Position numbers and translations under genes: made by a program. The notes beneath the pieces are model-generated. The model made no database searches and was not told the DNA's origin. It saw only the letters and a program-made list of their open reading frames with translations. DNA of 64,000 nt from Orbicella franksi (Eukaryota): positions 13,764,001 to 13,828,000 of the forward strand of contig OZ116700.1 in NCBI GenBank assembly GCA_964199315.1. The letters run 5' to 3'. Positions 1 to 16,500 of the stretch are shown here, one piece after another. Position 1 is the stretch's first letter; each line of letters starts with the position of its first letter.

Positions 1-228
1 TTCAGTCATTTTCCGTAAAAAGGCTATCTTAATTAAAGGAAATTTCAACTTTTTGATCACAAAAATTGCTTTAATTAATCCAAGAAGTCAGTTGAACAAA
101 TTATTAATATTGATACCTGCTGAAAAGCAGGTTTTTGTGTAATATTGACGTGGTTCAATTATTTTATACAGCTTAATCTTAACTTGAAAACCATGTATCA
201 ATTAACTTTTGTGTATGTTCATCTTAAA

Positions 229-595
229 GGGAAAATATCAGGGATGCTTGTTTGAAAATTTTCTAATTAGACCACTAAAGGAGACCAAACTGGGTGTGGT
301 TCAAGCTTTATTTGACCCCTAAAAGATACCACTTAAAACGGCTCTATTACCAGCCACTCTTCAGTGGGGAGTCCACGTTAGTAGACCGGACTCATGAGAC
401 CGGTAGAAATTGAGCCTAAAAACGGAATTAAGAGCATTTTTTCTATCTTTATTCTTTGAGTACCTTAAAAGATACTTTGACAGCCAAAAATAGTGGTGTT
501 TTGTCATGAACACACAAAGTGAGACTAGAATCCTTGATTTATACCCCTAAGTGAGACAACGAGCATCCCCAACCTTTTCATATGAGTCCATCCCT
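229..595. mobile_element. Degenerate non-autonomous TIR element (MITE) in the HDAC8 intron; related to the element at 60845-61123
   Basis: Left end gggatgcttgtttgaaaattt and right end cccctaagtgagacaacgagcatcccc are partial inverted repeats and resemble the ends of the better-preserved copy at 60845-61123. No coding capacity. Confidence 0.55.
341..415. mobile_element. 75-bp TIR element with a 9-bp target-site duplication, nested in the MITE above
   Basis: Ends gctctatt...aattgagc are imperfect inverted repeats. Flanks are cttaaaacg (332-340) and ctaaaaacg (416-424), 8/9 identical. Shares attaccagccRct and ccggact with 20485-20648. Confidence 0.6.
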
Positions 596-764
596 CTGAG
601 GATCTTGTTACACTTATGCTACACGGTGCCAAATGTTATAATCATCTCAACTTGAGGTTGATAATTAGCTAAGTGTACAACACATACACAAACACATAAA
701 TGATAGCACCATTCATGCAGCTTCAGGGAACTGGTTTCATAACGATACATGTATCTCTAAACAG

Positions 765-4967
<4,203 letters not shown>

Positions 4968-6112
4968 TGAGACCTTTTTAAAAAAATATATTTAAAGTTG
5001 GATGTAACCATTTGATAATCTGCCTGATGCAGTGGAAGTGACCATGCATTTTGAGCTTCAAGAGTTTTTATTGTATAGTTGTAAACTAGTTGTATTTGCA
5101 GTCAGCTGGTCTGATTTCATTTGGAGTTTGCAGAATAAGTGTACCTGGCAAACAGACATGTATGTCTTTTAACATACCCCAGAAGGGGTTGCCTGAGATT
5201 CAGTGTCTCTTATCACATGGCAAAAGAAGTCTATAGTGGTTCCTTGTAGGGTACGAAACTTGAACCACACCTAAACTATGAGTCTGAATGAGCGACTGAA
5301 TGGATCAACGTTCTTAAATGTTATCTAGTTTTACTCAACCTTTGCAAGATACCTTTAAGAAATATCATGGAAGAATCACCTTTATTACAAGCTTTCAAAC
5401 CCAATATTATTGTTTAACCATGTTTTTGTTTCATACATGGAGCCCCCTCTAACATTATTGAGACACCGGTATTTATTTTTAACATTTCCTGAATGAATGT
5501 ACTTCGGAAATATAAAAGAATGTGGAATATTTATTTTTATACATCAGTCAATCTAATTATACAGTATACAGTACATAGTATTACATCTGCTGTAAGCATA
5601 ATAGATATATTGTCTTACATGTATTTGAAGAGTACTTTTCTTGCATAGTGACTGATAGTTGGTTGGAAGTCTTTTTTTACTATGTGTAGCTGTCAATTAT
5701 ATTTTGCATAAAGCGGATACTTTTGATTCTAATTAATGGTGACACCAAACACTTTGTAATTTTGTCAAGTTGCTGAAAAAGAGTGATTGATTAAAGAAAG
5801 TGTTCATCATTCAATGTGTACCCAGTCATCAGGTGTGAATTCTGGTAGCCATTTTCATGGTCAGGAAATTTTGTACATCATGGAGGAAATTCAGAATTTC
5901 CCGTGAAAGTCAGGGCATTTGATTTAACATTGTTGCAGGTGTTGTTAGCATCTGTTGTTGATCATTACCATCTCGTTATTAATAATCAATTATTTTCTGC
6001 ACAAGAAATTGTCATAAACTACAAGGTTAAATTGGCTACTAATTTTCTTTGATTGGTCACAGTCTCAGTGAAAAGTCAACAGTATCCTTTCTCATATTAA
6101 TTAACTTCTAGC

Positions 6113-6185
6113 AACCTGTAATTATTCAGCCTCAAGAGTCCCCATGGGCCCAATGAGGATGAGTGAGTGAGTAACCTGTAATTAT
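6113..6185 (+). mobile_element. 5'-truncated retroposon stub with (GAGT)n tail and 13-bp target-site duplication
   Basis: aacctgtaattat occurs at 6113-6125 and 6173-6185, flanking 47 bp that end in gatgagtgagtgagt. Confidence 0.65.
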
Positions 6186-7453
6186 ATTAACTCATTTCCC
6201 ATCTTACATACACATTCCTAAAAATACAAGACATGTTCCATATTTCAAGTTATAGAAATATGAGTGGAAGTTTGGGAGAGAGAAATGCTGTGGGAACACA
6301 AGCTGACAGGAGTGTTTCCATAGCTTTTTCAAGTTCTCCCAAACTTTCACAAGTGTTTCTATTAACAGAGGTCTTTCTTAACTACAGATTTAGAGCTGTT
6401 GCTATTAAGGGATTGCTGAAGGCGATATTCAGAGGAAAACTATTTTGGCCATGATTTGAAACTTTTGCAGGAGTCTTCAATGAAACTAATCTGCGCAAAT
6501 AGCTTATCCTTGGCAGGTCTGGTTTTCAAAATTTGACAGTTAGAAACCTTCCTTACCAACAAATTCATGACCAATTGGTAGTTAAGAAGGACCTCCCTTA
6601 AACAATTAGATCATGAGCTCAAGATTTCTATCACGTGATAGTCAACAAAGGGGCAGCCCGAGTCAACTATCACTTGTAGAAATTGAGAACAAATAATCTA
6701 ATTGTTTTGGTATAAATCTATTAGCCATTTAAAACTTTATCTAAATCCTCTTCACAGACACTTCGAGAATGTCAAGAGTGGCTGTCATTTTGTTAACACA
6801 GGCACACTGTTAGGCTACTCACTATCACAGAATAGATGGTGAGTAGCGCAGCCAATCAGAGAATGGCATTTGTGATAGAATGCTTGTAGATTTATACTAA
6901 AACTCAATAGAAGCACAGAGAACATGTCTACTATTTCTATAGGAATTCCTTCCCCTGTTGTCATGCTTGCAGGCAAAATGTACATCTCAATGCAGTCTAA
7001 ACAAGACACCTACCACAAAATTAACCAAACAAACCAGTTTTAATTACATAAAAAAAACTACTCTGTACAATGTAAAAATATCACTGATTTCAAACAAATA
7101 TGAATGAAAAATGTTGAATATGTGCATTAAAAAATGTCTAATTATTTTACTGTGCAAGAATAATATATAAATAAAATTTTAAGAAAGGCTTTCAAAAATA
7201 CATTGTAAATACTACTTCACACCTAAGCATTAAAAAAAACTGGCTACTTTTTCACTTAGTTTACAATCATACAAAACCTCTCAAGACATAAAATAATTCA
7301 TGTATAAATTCTAACTTTGTAAAAATAACTTTCCAAATGGCTGTTCAATTCCTTGCCAAGGTCAATGTCCATAAATAAAATTGTAAAATTGAAAATAATA
7401 ATAATTGTCTATCTGCAATAGAGAGTTCTGTTTGATCACAACTTCTGATGACA

Positions 7454-10400
7454 TCATCCATGTGTACCAGGAAGTTGCAGCACAGGCGATAGCAGATCAG
7501 CTGGTTGCCAGTGATCAAGATTTTTTACTTCTTCAATTTCTTCCCGTTTTAATTTTTTCTTCTGCTTTTCTTCAAACGTGAGTCTGAAATGGACAAATAA
7601 TATATAGATTTAGCCAAGCTTGAGTTTTGTAACTTTGCAGTGAGGTTTTCTATTTATATTGTTTGGTTTTCTCTTTTGAGTTTCAAAAATCTCAAATTGC
7701 ACAAAACAAAAGTAGTGAGAAACACTTGTATACCCTCCGAACAACCTGGCCCTGATTAACAAGTTAACCTGAAATGGGCCTGCGATCCAATCAAAAATCA
7801 GTACTTGGTCAGCGGTCGACTTTAAAAAAGTATGTGACCTCGCTGAGCTCCAAACCTCAGCCCTCAATATGGTCACGTGAAACTGGTCAGCAGATACCTT
7901 GTTTTGACAGCTGTACATTGACCATAACATGGATGCCCAATATCAAATATACATGCCGTGAACCAACTTAGGCTGCATACCTGGGTCGATTTATTAGCTG
8001 GAGTATGGTGGCCATGTTGCGCAACATTGTTGTTGTTGGGCGCACGTGCCCGCGATCCACTCTGCTAGCCATGTTGACCATGAAAATAGAGTTGCATGGT
8101 TTTCTATTTCTAAGCATGCGGTTCTGTTCCTAGTTATGGGGCTCTGCTTGGCAACCCTTCACACAGCCAGAGCTCCTCTATGAGTGGGGGAGTTATTGGT
8201 ATACCATAGCTAGTGGTCTAAAAACAATTCTCAAGTTAACTTATGTTGTTGGGAATTAAGCTTTAGGGTGCCATGTGTGTTGGGAATTAAGCTTTAGGGT
8301 GCCAAGTGTAAGTGTCAGAAATTAAGCATGATCAAAGAAGATTTACCGGTATAAACTTACCTAGGTTTAAGTGGTAAATCCTGAAGAGGAACAAAAGTGT
8401 CTGGTACACATTTTAAGGATCCGCTACAAACAAAAATAACACATTTTAACACTTTGCCCTCACTGATGGATTACTTGCCAGTTATGAGTCCCACAGTTCA
8501 TCAGATATGAACCCCTGAACCACACATTTGATATATCTCTGGATTTGTTATGGTTAGGTTAGTATGAACTTCTGATGGTACCCTTTTCTGTTAAAGTAGT
8601 AAAAATGTGTTGTTTAGCTGTTGTAATCTACTGGAGTGGCATGTTATTGGTAAAATCCAGGATGAACCTCCCAGCCAGAAGTAGTGCTATATTCAGAAAT
8701 CAGAAATAAGTTCAGGCATGTTCAGGGAATAATTTGAACCTCTTAAATTAGTAGCAGACACAAGTAACTACCACTGACTTTAAATTATAAGGCACATATT
8801 TATCTACCTGGTCAATTCTGTTGCACCTTGTGTATGCATTTGCAGACCTATTGGAGAAAATCCATATACAATGCAGACCTACTAATAAATATTACACTCA
8901 CCCAAAATTAATAACAGGTCTTGTGCTTCCCTGCTTGTGGAAGTCCAAAGAATATTCTGGAACTTGGTAGCTTTTGTCTCCTAGTGAGGCTATAGGGATA
9001 CCATTTCTGTTCTCAAACACTGTAATGGCCGGCAAAACAAAACACAAATGATCTTATTGTTAACTATTGCTCTTACAAAATAGAGGGATCCTCTCCCTGG
9101 ATCCTAGTTTCAACAAAAATTGAGGTTGGGTAGGTAGCTGTACTAAATTATTTAAAGGGATTTCAAAATGGCAGGTGGGTGGCTGTTGGGTGTGAGATAC
9201 TGGCCATATTTTAAGAAGATCAGAAGATTTCCATTTAGCAACTAATTAAATTAAACTCCTAATCACAATTTGGATTTCTTGAGGTTTTTTTTTTGACAAA
9301 AAAATACCTCTTAGTCGGGGCGTCGAGTATGTTAAGGGTCAATGGTTGAGTGAGTGAGTGAGTGAGTGAGAGATGTATGTATGTCACACCAATCAGATTG
9401 GATCTACTATGGACGGCCAATCAAATTTCTTGTTGTAAAGGTAAATGGTATGTGAGAAGATCTGATCCCGATAAAGTTCAGAATGGCCGTATTCATTCTT
9501 CTATAAAAGAGGAGGAAGTATTCATATATTGGGTTTACTTCGACATTTTCTGTGGGTTAGGCTGAGGATTTTAGTTAAATGAACGAGATGAGCCTTGAGG
9601 TTTGAAACAGTTCGTGAGTTCATAGTATGCAAATGCAACGAGATATTTTTATTTTTAGTTAAAGGTAACTTGATACTTTTGTTTTTCACAAGGAGTAAAT
9701 TCAATTAGAGGTCATGAATCGTCGCTTCTAGTTCTTAGGACATGTTTTAGAGGGGATGAGACTTTAGATTTGAAACAGTTCTAACGTTTACAATAGTAAG
9801 TGCGGGTAACGATTGTTTTGTTCTTGTTGCATGCAAATATAACAAGATATTTTTGTTTTTTAGTTACAAAGTGTAATGTGACACTCTTGTTTTTCACAAG
9901 GGAGTAAATTCAATTAGAGCGGACGAATCATCACCACTCCTTCCCACGAGATGTTTGCTATCTTTAGTAACAAATGGTAACTTAACACTTTTGTTTTTTA
10001 TATGGGAGTGAATTCAATTAGAGCTGACAAATTATCGGCTATTGTTTCCAGGATATTAAACAAAAAAGCTTTCATTTCTGGACAGTTTTTACGTCCCTGT
10101 AGTAGCAGTTTAATAGTTTTATTTGATGACATTCATTTCAGTCCGAAATTTTTAAGGTGAAAAGTATGAAAACTGTTCAAATGTTCTTTGAAGATTGCGC
10201 AGCACCAAGTTAAAGTGCAATTTAATTAAATCAGACTTTCAACGTGTCAGAGGTTTTTTTCTCTTTCTTTCTATTTTCGGTGAAGTTGTGTTGTGTTGTG
10301 TTGTGTGAAAAGGTAAACTTACGTCTCGTATAAAGTGCGAAAAAGTCCCTAAATTAACTTGAGTATTTTTGAGCAAAAATTCCTCTTGGGGGTTGGAAGG

Positions 10401-13186
10401 GTTATGTGATCGGTGAGTGAGGGAGTTATGCATGTACGCGTGTCACAACAGGTTGTATCAAAGAACGAATCAAATTGTCTGTTAGAAGATAAGATGGTAT
10501 CTACATTAATCTGGAGACATGTCAGATTACTGTAGTTTGTTCAGTCAAACATTTTATGGCTTACTATTTAGCTATCTTACCATGACCAATGTAACATCGC
10601 AACCAAAGGAAAAATGTCAAATTAACCAAGTCATTACTGTACCATGAATGCTCCTATCTCCGACACTTCACACACAAAAATAACTCTTGCACGTCTTGCG
10701 TGCCTATGTTTTGTGATTTTGGCATCAGTTTCGTTCTCTTGAGTGAATATTATTGAGAAGTACAAGATACCTTCAAATATAACATAATTTTATCACAAGT
10801 GCAGTTCCAGAAAATATCCATATCTTCCCCAGGGATGGGATTTTTTTCTTAGATCCCCTACCTCTGTGGAAATTCTAATTAAGCTCCATTGACTTTTTTT
10901 TTTAATTTGTTTGGTCTTACAGAACCCCCACCCCCAAGGAAATTCCAATCCCTTCTGTAGGGGGATAGCCTGCGAATGCAGACATATTTCCGGTTATCAC
11001 TTGGTTCCGCCGAAAAATAATGTCTGCAAACGCGAGCCAGGAAACAATTTCTGTGATGCAATGACTTTTGTTTCTCCTTGGCCAATCAGATTCCATGATA
11101 GAATGAAACTTGAGCGCTCCTCGCAGTGAATTCCTCACACAGTAGTTCTGGGGTTATTTGAGCTAAACTGTGATTAGCTTAGAATTCCTACGTCACAGAA
11201 ATTGTTTTCTGGCTCGGGTTTGCAGACGTTATTTTTCGGCGGAACCAAGTGACACCCAGAAATACGTCTGCGTTCGCAGGCTAGTAGGGGGAGCAATGGA
11301 TATTTTCTGGAGCTGCACATTAATTAGTAAATTAATATTTGATCTTAGGGATTTCTCAGTAATTGTAAGAAATTTAATTTATCCCCCAGAATAAGTACCT
11401 TGTTTCTTGGCCCCAACAGACATTCTTAAAGATATCTCTAGTGGTCTTCTCATGTAAATTCTCTCAAAGTCATCATAAGTGTCATATACAACAGTAGGCT
11501 GAACATATGCAGGTTTCTCCTCCCTTCCAGCACCAACTTCACTGGGTATCATTTCACTACCTTGCTCTCTGGTCAGTATATAACTTTCCTTTGTACTATG
11601 ATTTATAGGTGCTTTTTGTTCTAGCCTGGGAGGGGACAGTCTTGTTTCTTCCAGGGATGCACAGCGAATACTTGAGACCCAGTCAAGACCATTGCCCCCT
11701 CTGAGGAACACAATGACAGAACATAATAATATTGCCATTAATAATAAACTCAGCTACAATCATGTCCCAAGTTAGGGTGTCAAGTAGTAAATTTGAGACT
11801 GACGGCAAGATGGATACCCTTTCTGAAAACTCAGTCTTGTGAAAGAAATTAAGACTGAGATATCAACACAAGCAGGATTTGAGACTGTGAGATCATTGAA
11901 ATTTGATGCATAGCTTTTGAAGGGCCATTTGCCACTCCCCCAGGTTTCAACATGAAAAATTTAAGGTTTGAAATCAAAGGGGACGTTAGGCACATTGGAT
12001 TACAGGTGCCTAGAACCCACAAAATCTTCCACATGAACAACAGGCAAGGATCCCATTTTTCACAAAATTTTGCTTGTCACATTTACACTAATAAATTCAT
12101 AAATTCATGCATCACGTTTACCTTTCTTATTAATTTTCACACACCATGCACTAGTTTTTGCCATCATCCAGGCATAAACCCTACCTTTGCTACCTTCTCC
12201 ATGAAGACCCTCCCAAACACTCTCATACCATAATGTAACCCTATGACCCCGCTGTGACGCAAATGGTATCCTTGCCCAGCCCCCCTGTTCCCGGAGTTCC
12301 CTCCTTAATTATGTGTGTGCTAAGTACTTTTTATAAATAACTTATTGACCCCTTCTCACACATAACAGTGATTTAAACAAAAACTTCTCATAACCTTTAT
12401 ATAACAATTTTATGTAGGCAGGTTAGGAGAATGAAGACTCTTATCACTGCAGGTAGTCACTGGGGCCTAAGATTAACTGGGAAATAGAAATGAGAAAACC
12501 TCTGGAATCTGAACTGGACCTTGAACCATCTTTTTCAACAGCAAATCATGAAAATGTACGGAAAATGGAACGAAGATTTTCTTACGCTCCCAAGGGTTAA
12601 AAAAAAGAGTCCCACCAGATACTCACCTCGCTGTGTTGTCAAGTCTATCTGTCACTGAAAGAGCATTTCTAGGATGTGGCCTCCATTGTGGCTCGCCTAT
12701 TGATTTACTTCCAAAGCCGTCTCTATAGTATGGTTTGATAACCGGGTTCACTAGCGGCACATCTATTAATTGAAGAACACTGCATGAAGTTCAACGCACA
12801 CACATGGAATTCAACGCTCGATCACAACGCTGAGATTGTTGCCTTGTCTCCATATGATACCTATTATTTCAATTCATGGTTAACTTAATTAAGTTCGATG
12901 AAATTCCTTTCAACAGATAACGGCAAAAATCAAAGCTATAATTAAGGTAACAAATGGTGTTTGCCTTCGATCGCTCCTTCGATAGCGCGCGATATTACTG
13001 CGCGATGCTTGATTGTGTAAGAGACCACACGTAGTTCGACATTTAGACATTTTGCGGGAAGAGTTTTTGAAGGAGTAATTGCCGGTTGAACCAGATTTTA
13101 TTTTAAAGGGATTAATTGATTATTTATCGAAAGATCGTCATATATTTACCTCCAACATCAGGACGTTGGTGAAGAACGTAAGCCAT
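7454..13186 (-). CDS. SPATS1: Spermatogenesis-associated serine-rich protein 1-like, complete, 6 coding exons, 261 aa
   Basis: Minus-strand exons 13186-13150, 12762-12627, 11700-11399, 9019-8902, 8423-8361, 7583-7454 are all GT-AG and phase-consistent (786 nt). C-terminal half NRNGIPIASLGDKSYQVPEYSLDFHKQGSTRPVINFG...DTFVPLQDLP...REEIEEVKNLDHWQPA matches recalled SPATS1 (PRNGIP...FHKAGS...DTFIPL...EIQEVEELDNWQPA). Confidence 0.88.
8247..8304. repeat. Tandem duplication, period 31 bp
   Basis: tgttgggaattaagctttagggtgcca at 8247-8273 and 8278-8304, identical. Confidence 0.9.
9560..10030. repeat. Degenerate three-copy tandem repeat in SPATS1-like intron 3
   Basis: Core ggagtRaattcaattagag at 9692, 9901 and 10005, each preceded by a similar T-rich segment. 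Confidence 0.75.
10799..11318. mobile_element. MITE (host element) interrupted by a nested insertion
   Basis: 23-bp TIRs gtgcagttccagaaaatatccat / atggatattttctggagctgcac, 22/23 complementary. Confidence 0.8.
10966..11283. mobile_element. Long-TIR non-autonomous element with a perfect 9-bp TSD (Mutator-like by TSD length)
   Basis: About 90-bp inverted arms (tagcctgcgaatgcagac...tttctgtgatg versus cgtcacagaaa...gtctgcgttcgcaggcta), flanked by gtaggggga at 10957-10965 and 11284-11292. Confidence 0.88.
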
Positions 13187-13543
13187 TTTGATTATTTTGG
13201 TATTACACGTGTGGCGTCTTCACCATGGCAACCATCCACTGCAAGTCCCGCAACGATTTGCCTTTTCAAATGACCAAAAATGTTTATAAACGAATTTTTT
13301 TTCGAAGTTTCAGTCACAGATCTTGATAAAAAAAATTTTTTTTTTTAAGAACGCAATAGTAAGAATATTTCGAACATCATTTCCTGCGGTCCATTTCGTC
13401 CCAGTCTCATCAAGTGTACGCGAATGGTTTTGTCTCAGAGGGTCTGAGTACGTGATAAATTTTTCAAATGAAATCACTTCCGTAGGCGACTTATAACAGC
13501 AAGCTATTTTCTTTCGTGGAAATAATCTTGTACCATCGCCAAG
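13187..13543. promoter_or_regulatory. Probable bidirectional promoter and 5'UTRs between SPATS1-like and STK40
   Basis: Only 357 bp separate the divergent ATGs. Includes a poly(dA:dT) tract at about 13327-13347 and an ETS-like cacttccg at about 13475. Inferred from geometry. Confidence 0.65.
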
Positions 13544-16500
13544 ATGCGATCTAGCAGTGCTGGATCAACAGGAGTGAAACGGAAGGCCTCGTGCCTTGAA
13601 GCTGGAGAGTCGTCTTCATCTTCAAGCACAAGTTCAGCTATGAGTTCGCGAAGAGCTCTGATCAGAGCTTCGAATCGTGGAACGCTGAAGCGCGCTGGCC
13701 CTTATTTGCTTGGGCCAAGATTGGGCAACTCGCCGGTACGAAGCATTGTTCAATGCTTGGCTAAAAAAGAAGGTACAGATGATTTTTACTCCATCAAGAT
13801 TCTTACGTTATCGGATCCCGGACGTGAGAGTTACGATGACAAACAAGGTAAAATGCTCTTACACACGGAGTATTCATTGCTTTCCCTTTTGAACGATCAA
13901 GATGGCGTTGTTCACCATCACGGACTTTTCAAAGACGAATATTACGAGGAAATCCCTCCCGAGAAAGAATCTCCAAACACAGCAGCAATTCATCGTTCTC
14001 AGAGTGCAGTTGCGAGACAATATCGAATTCGCCATCGTCTCTGTTTAGTATTGGATTGCCTTTGCGCCCATGACTTTAGTTCGGACACTGCCGACCTGAT
14101 AAATCTTCAACATTACGTGATACGAGAGAAACGATTGTCCGAAAGAGAGACCGTTATAATTTTCCACGACATTGTCAGAGTGGTAGAGTGCTTGCATAAG
14201 GTAAGACTACAGTACGAAATGATATTGGGCTAATTATATCTGTAGTTTGTGTGGTGTATTTCCGTTTATTTGTGAAGGCAAAACCTTATTCTTTTAGTTT
14301 ACCCTTTCAAGGCAATGTTCTCGCGTCTCGATTATTGGTTGTAAATGAACTTTTAGAACGTTTCACAGCCAGTGCTCTCATCAAGTTTAGGTCAGCGCAG
14401 TAATTCTTTTTATTATTATTTTCAAACTTTATCAAGACTTGATGAAAGATTTCTTTGTTCTTGGAGCATAGGTCCTTAAGGGTGCGTAGATTCTGGGAAA
14501 TAATCTTTCGCGTGGGTGTTGATGTTCATTCGGTTGTTAATGTGTATTCTAATCACGGAATTTCCTCTTCAGTCTGAGTGGAACCGTCTGCTTGACTGTT
14601 GATTAAAACTGTTACAAATTTATTAAATTAGTCCGAGTGCAACGCATATTATATCAGAAGGTCTACAATGTACCTGATGTAATATACGAGGAACGAAAGC
14701 AATGTCTACAATAAATCGAATGTTTTCCGCGTGGATGGCATATGTCAACACAGAGATACAACTTAACAACCGACAGGGGCGTTCAAGCACATTCAATCTT
14801 TACGAGCTTCGTTTCAACAGCTTTACTCCTACGCTTTACTTGAATAGGAGTTTCTTTGTTTTGTAATAAGACGTTGGTTACAGTGATTTTGACATTGCGA
14901 AATGTATTTTTTGATTTTTTCATTGAAAAAATCAAATGTAAAATGTAATGCAATGATCCTGTAATGAGATTAGTCCGCTTATCAATTTAACCGCAATTTC
15001 AAATTACATTTACCTGGAAATGTGCTTGAAAAAAAGGAAACCGCTGTATTCACAAGTGTTTCTGTATAATTTTGAATTATAATTATGTCTGTACTAAAGT
15101 GTTTCTGTTCCCTTTTGGGTCTGTTTATGTAGTGTTGGTGGTTCTTCCGGAAGGGTCACCAACCAATCACACCTGTGTACTTGCCCCCCAGCTGGTGACA
15201 GGGCCATTGTTTTTGTTGTTTTTTCTCTTTTTGCATCTGTCCTTGCCAGGAGTACAGTTCTAGCTTTTCCTTGATTTCTTTCTTCTGACAAAAACTTTCA
15301 TAAATATCATTGTTGATCAATTTTTTTCAAAATTTGTTTTCCTCTTTGACTAGCTAGTCCCATGAGTGGGCAGGATGAAACAAATGTTGCACTGTGATTG
15401 ACCACCCGACTGTGCAGGATGCAGCTATCTGTTCCCCTTGCCCAAATTTTCCTGTAAAATATAATAAATCATTGGCTGCGCCGCACTAAAAGAGTTAACT
15501 GGGTTTATTTTTTAGAAACCTGGCTAAAATTTATAAATAATTTAACACATTTAAAGGTTGGTTATAATGAATTAACAGGGTTATATTTTATGAGCGGCCG
15601 CACTGGAATAGGTTATGAAGTGGGTTAACTCAATTGACATCATGAGATAAACCAACAAAATAGCAGACTTCAAGGGCCATGTTCTTATAATCTCAGTTCT
15701 TACTTCTTTGTTTTCGTTTCCTTCCTCTCCACTCATGGAGAACAGAGAACAATGAACAGCCGAAATTAGTGGCCACATCATGATGTTTCGATAACCCAGC
15801 TAACCGTGATTTATTAATATTATTAAAGATAACCTGGTTAACTCTCATAGTGCAGCCACAGCGATTATCAACCAAACTTGTACAGTTAACACAACTGATT
15901 AAAACTACTGACAGTTCATTCCTTTTATGGACCTTTACTGTGACTCCATCCTTGTGCCTGGTTAAATAATCCAATGATATATTAAAAAGGTACTGCCTAG
16001 CACATATTTTTTTTCTTAGAGTGACTTCAGTTGTTTTGGCTGTGATTTCATGATACAAAAAAAAAAATGGTGGTATATGTATGTATGATCATGAAGTAAT
16101 GAAATATTGAATGAAAATGGGGTACTTCATGTCTTAAACTTGCCATACAATCAGCAAATATGATTCCTCTTACCTTTGCACATTGCACTGTAGGAAACAT
16201 ATTTGTATGTCATTCAAGAACATTTTCCTCCAGTCAACTATATGTTAAACTTCTGGACTTTCCTTTCTTCACTCCTTTGACTTTTTCTTTATCAACATTG
16301 ACCGTTGTTAATGCAAGGTCAATCTTAGGATCTGCCATCTTGTCGACATGGTCTTATTTTTTCATTTACGGACTCACAACTGAGACAACAGCAATATGCT
16401 GCAGGTGCTGACTGAGACCCTATTAGGGGTTTTCGGAATACAGGATATTTACAATAGGTTAAAATTAACGGGATACAGGCAGGATATTTAGTGGAGAAAT

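Noticed and set aside
6080-6092. U12-type 5' splice site-like GTATCCTT (also about 12266; ATATCCTT about 29583)
   Set aside because: None lies at an exon boundary on the coding strand; all modelled introns are GT-AG.
10879-11394. Four overlapping ORFs, two with near-identical text (HRNCFLARVCR)
   Set aside because: They arise from the inverted arms of the nested MITE.
11849-12300. ORFs and a stop-ridden minus frame vaguely like a LINE remnant
   Set aside because: No diagnostic RT or endonuclease motif.
15693-16058. 121-aa minus-strand ORF in STK40 intron 1
   Set aside because: No recognisable domain, splice context or partner exons.
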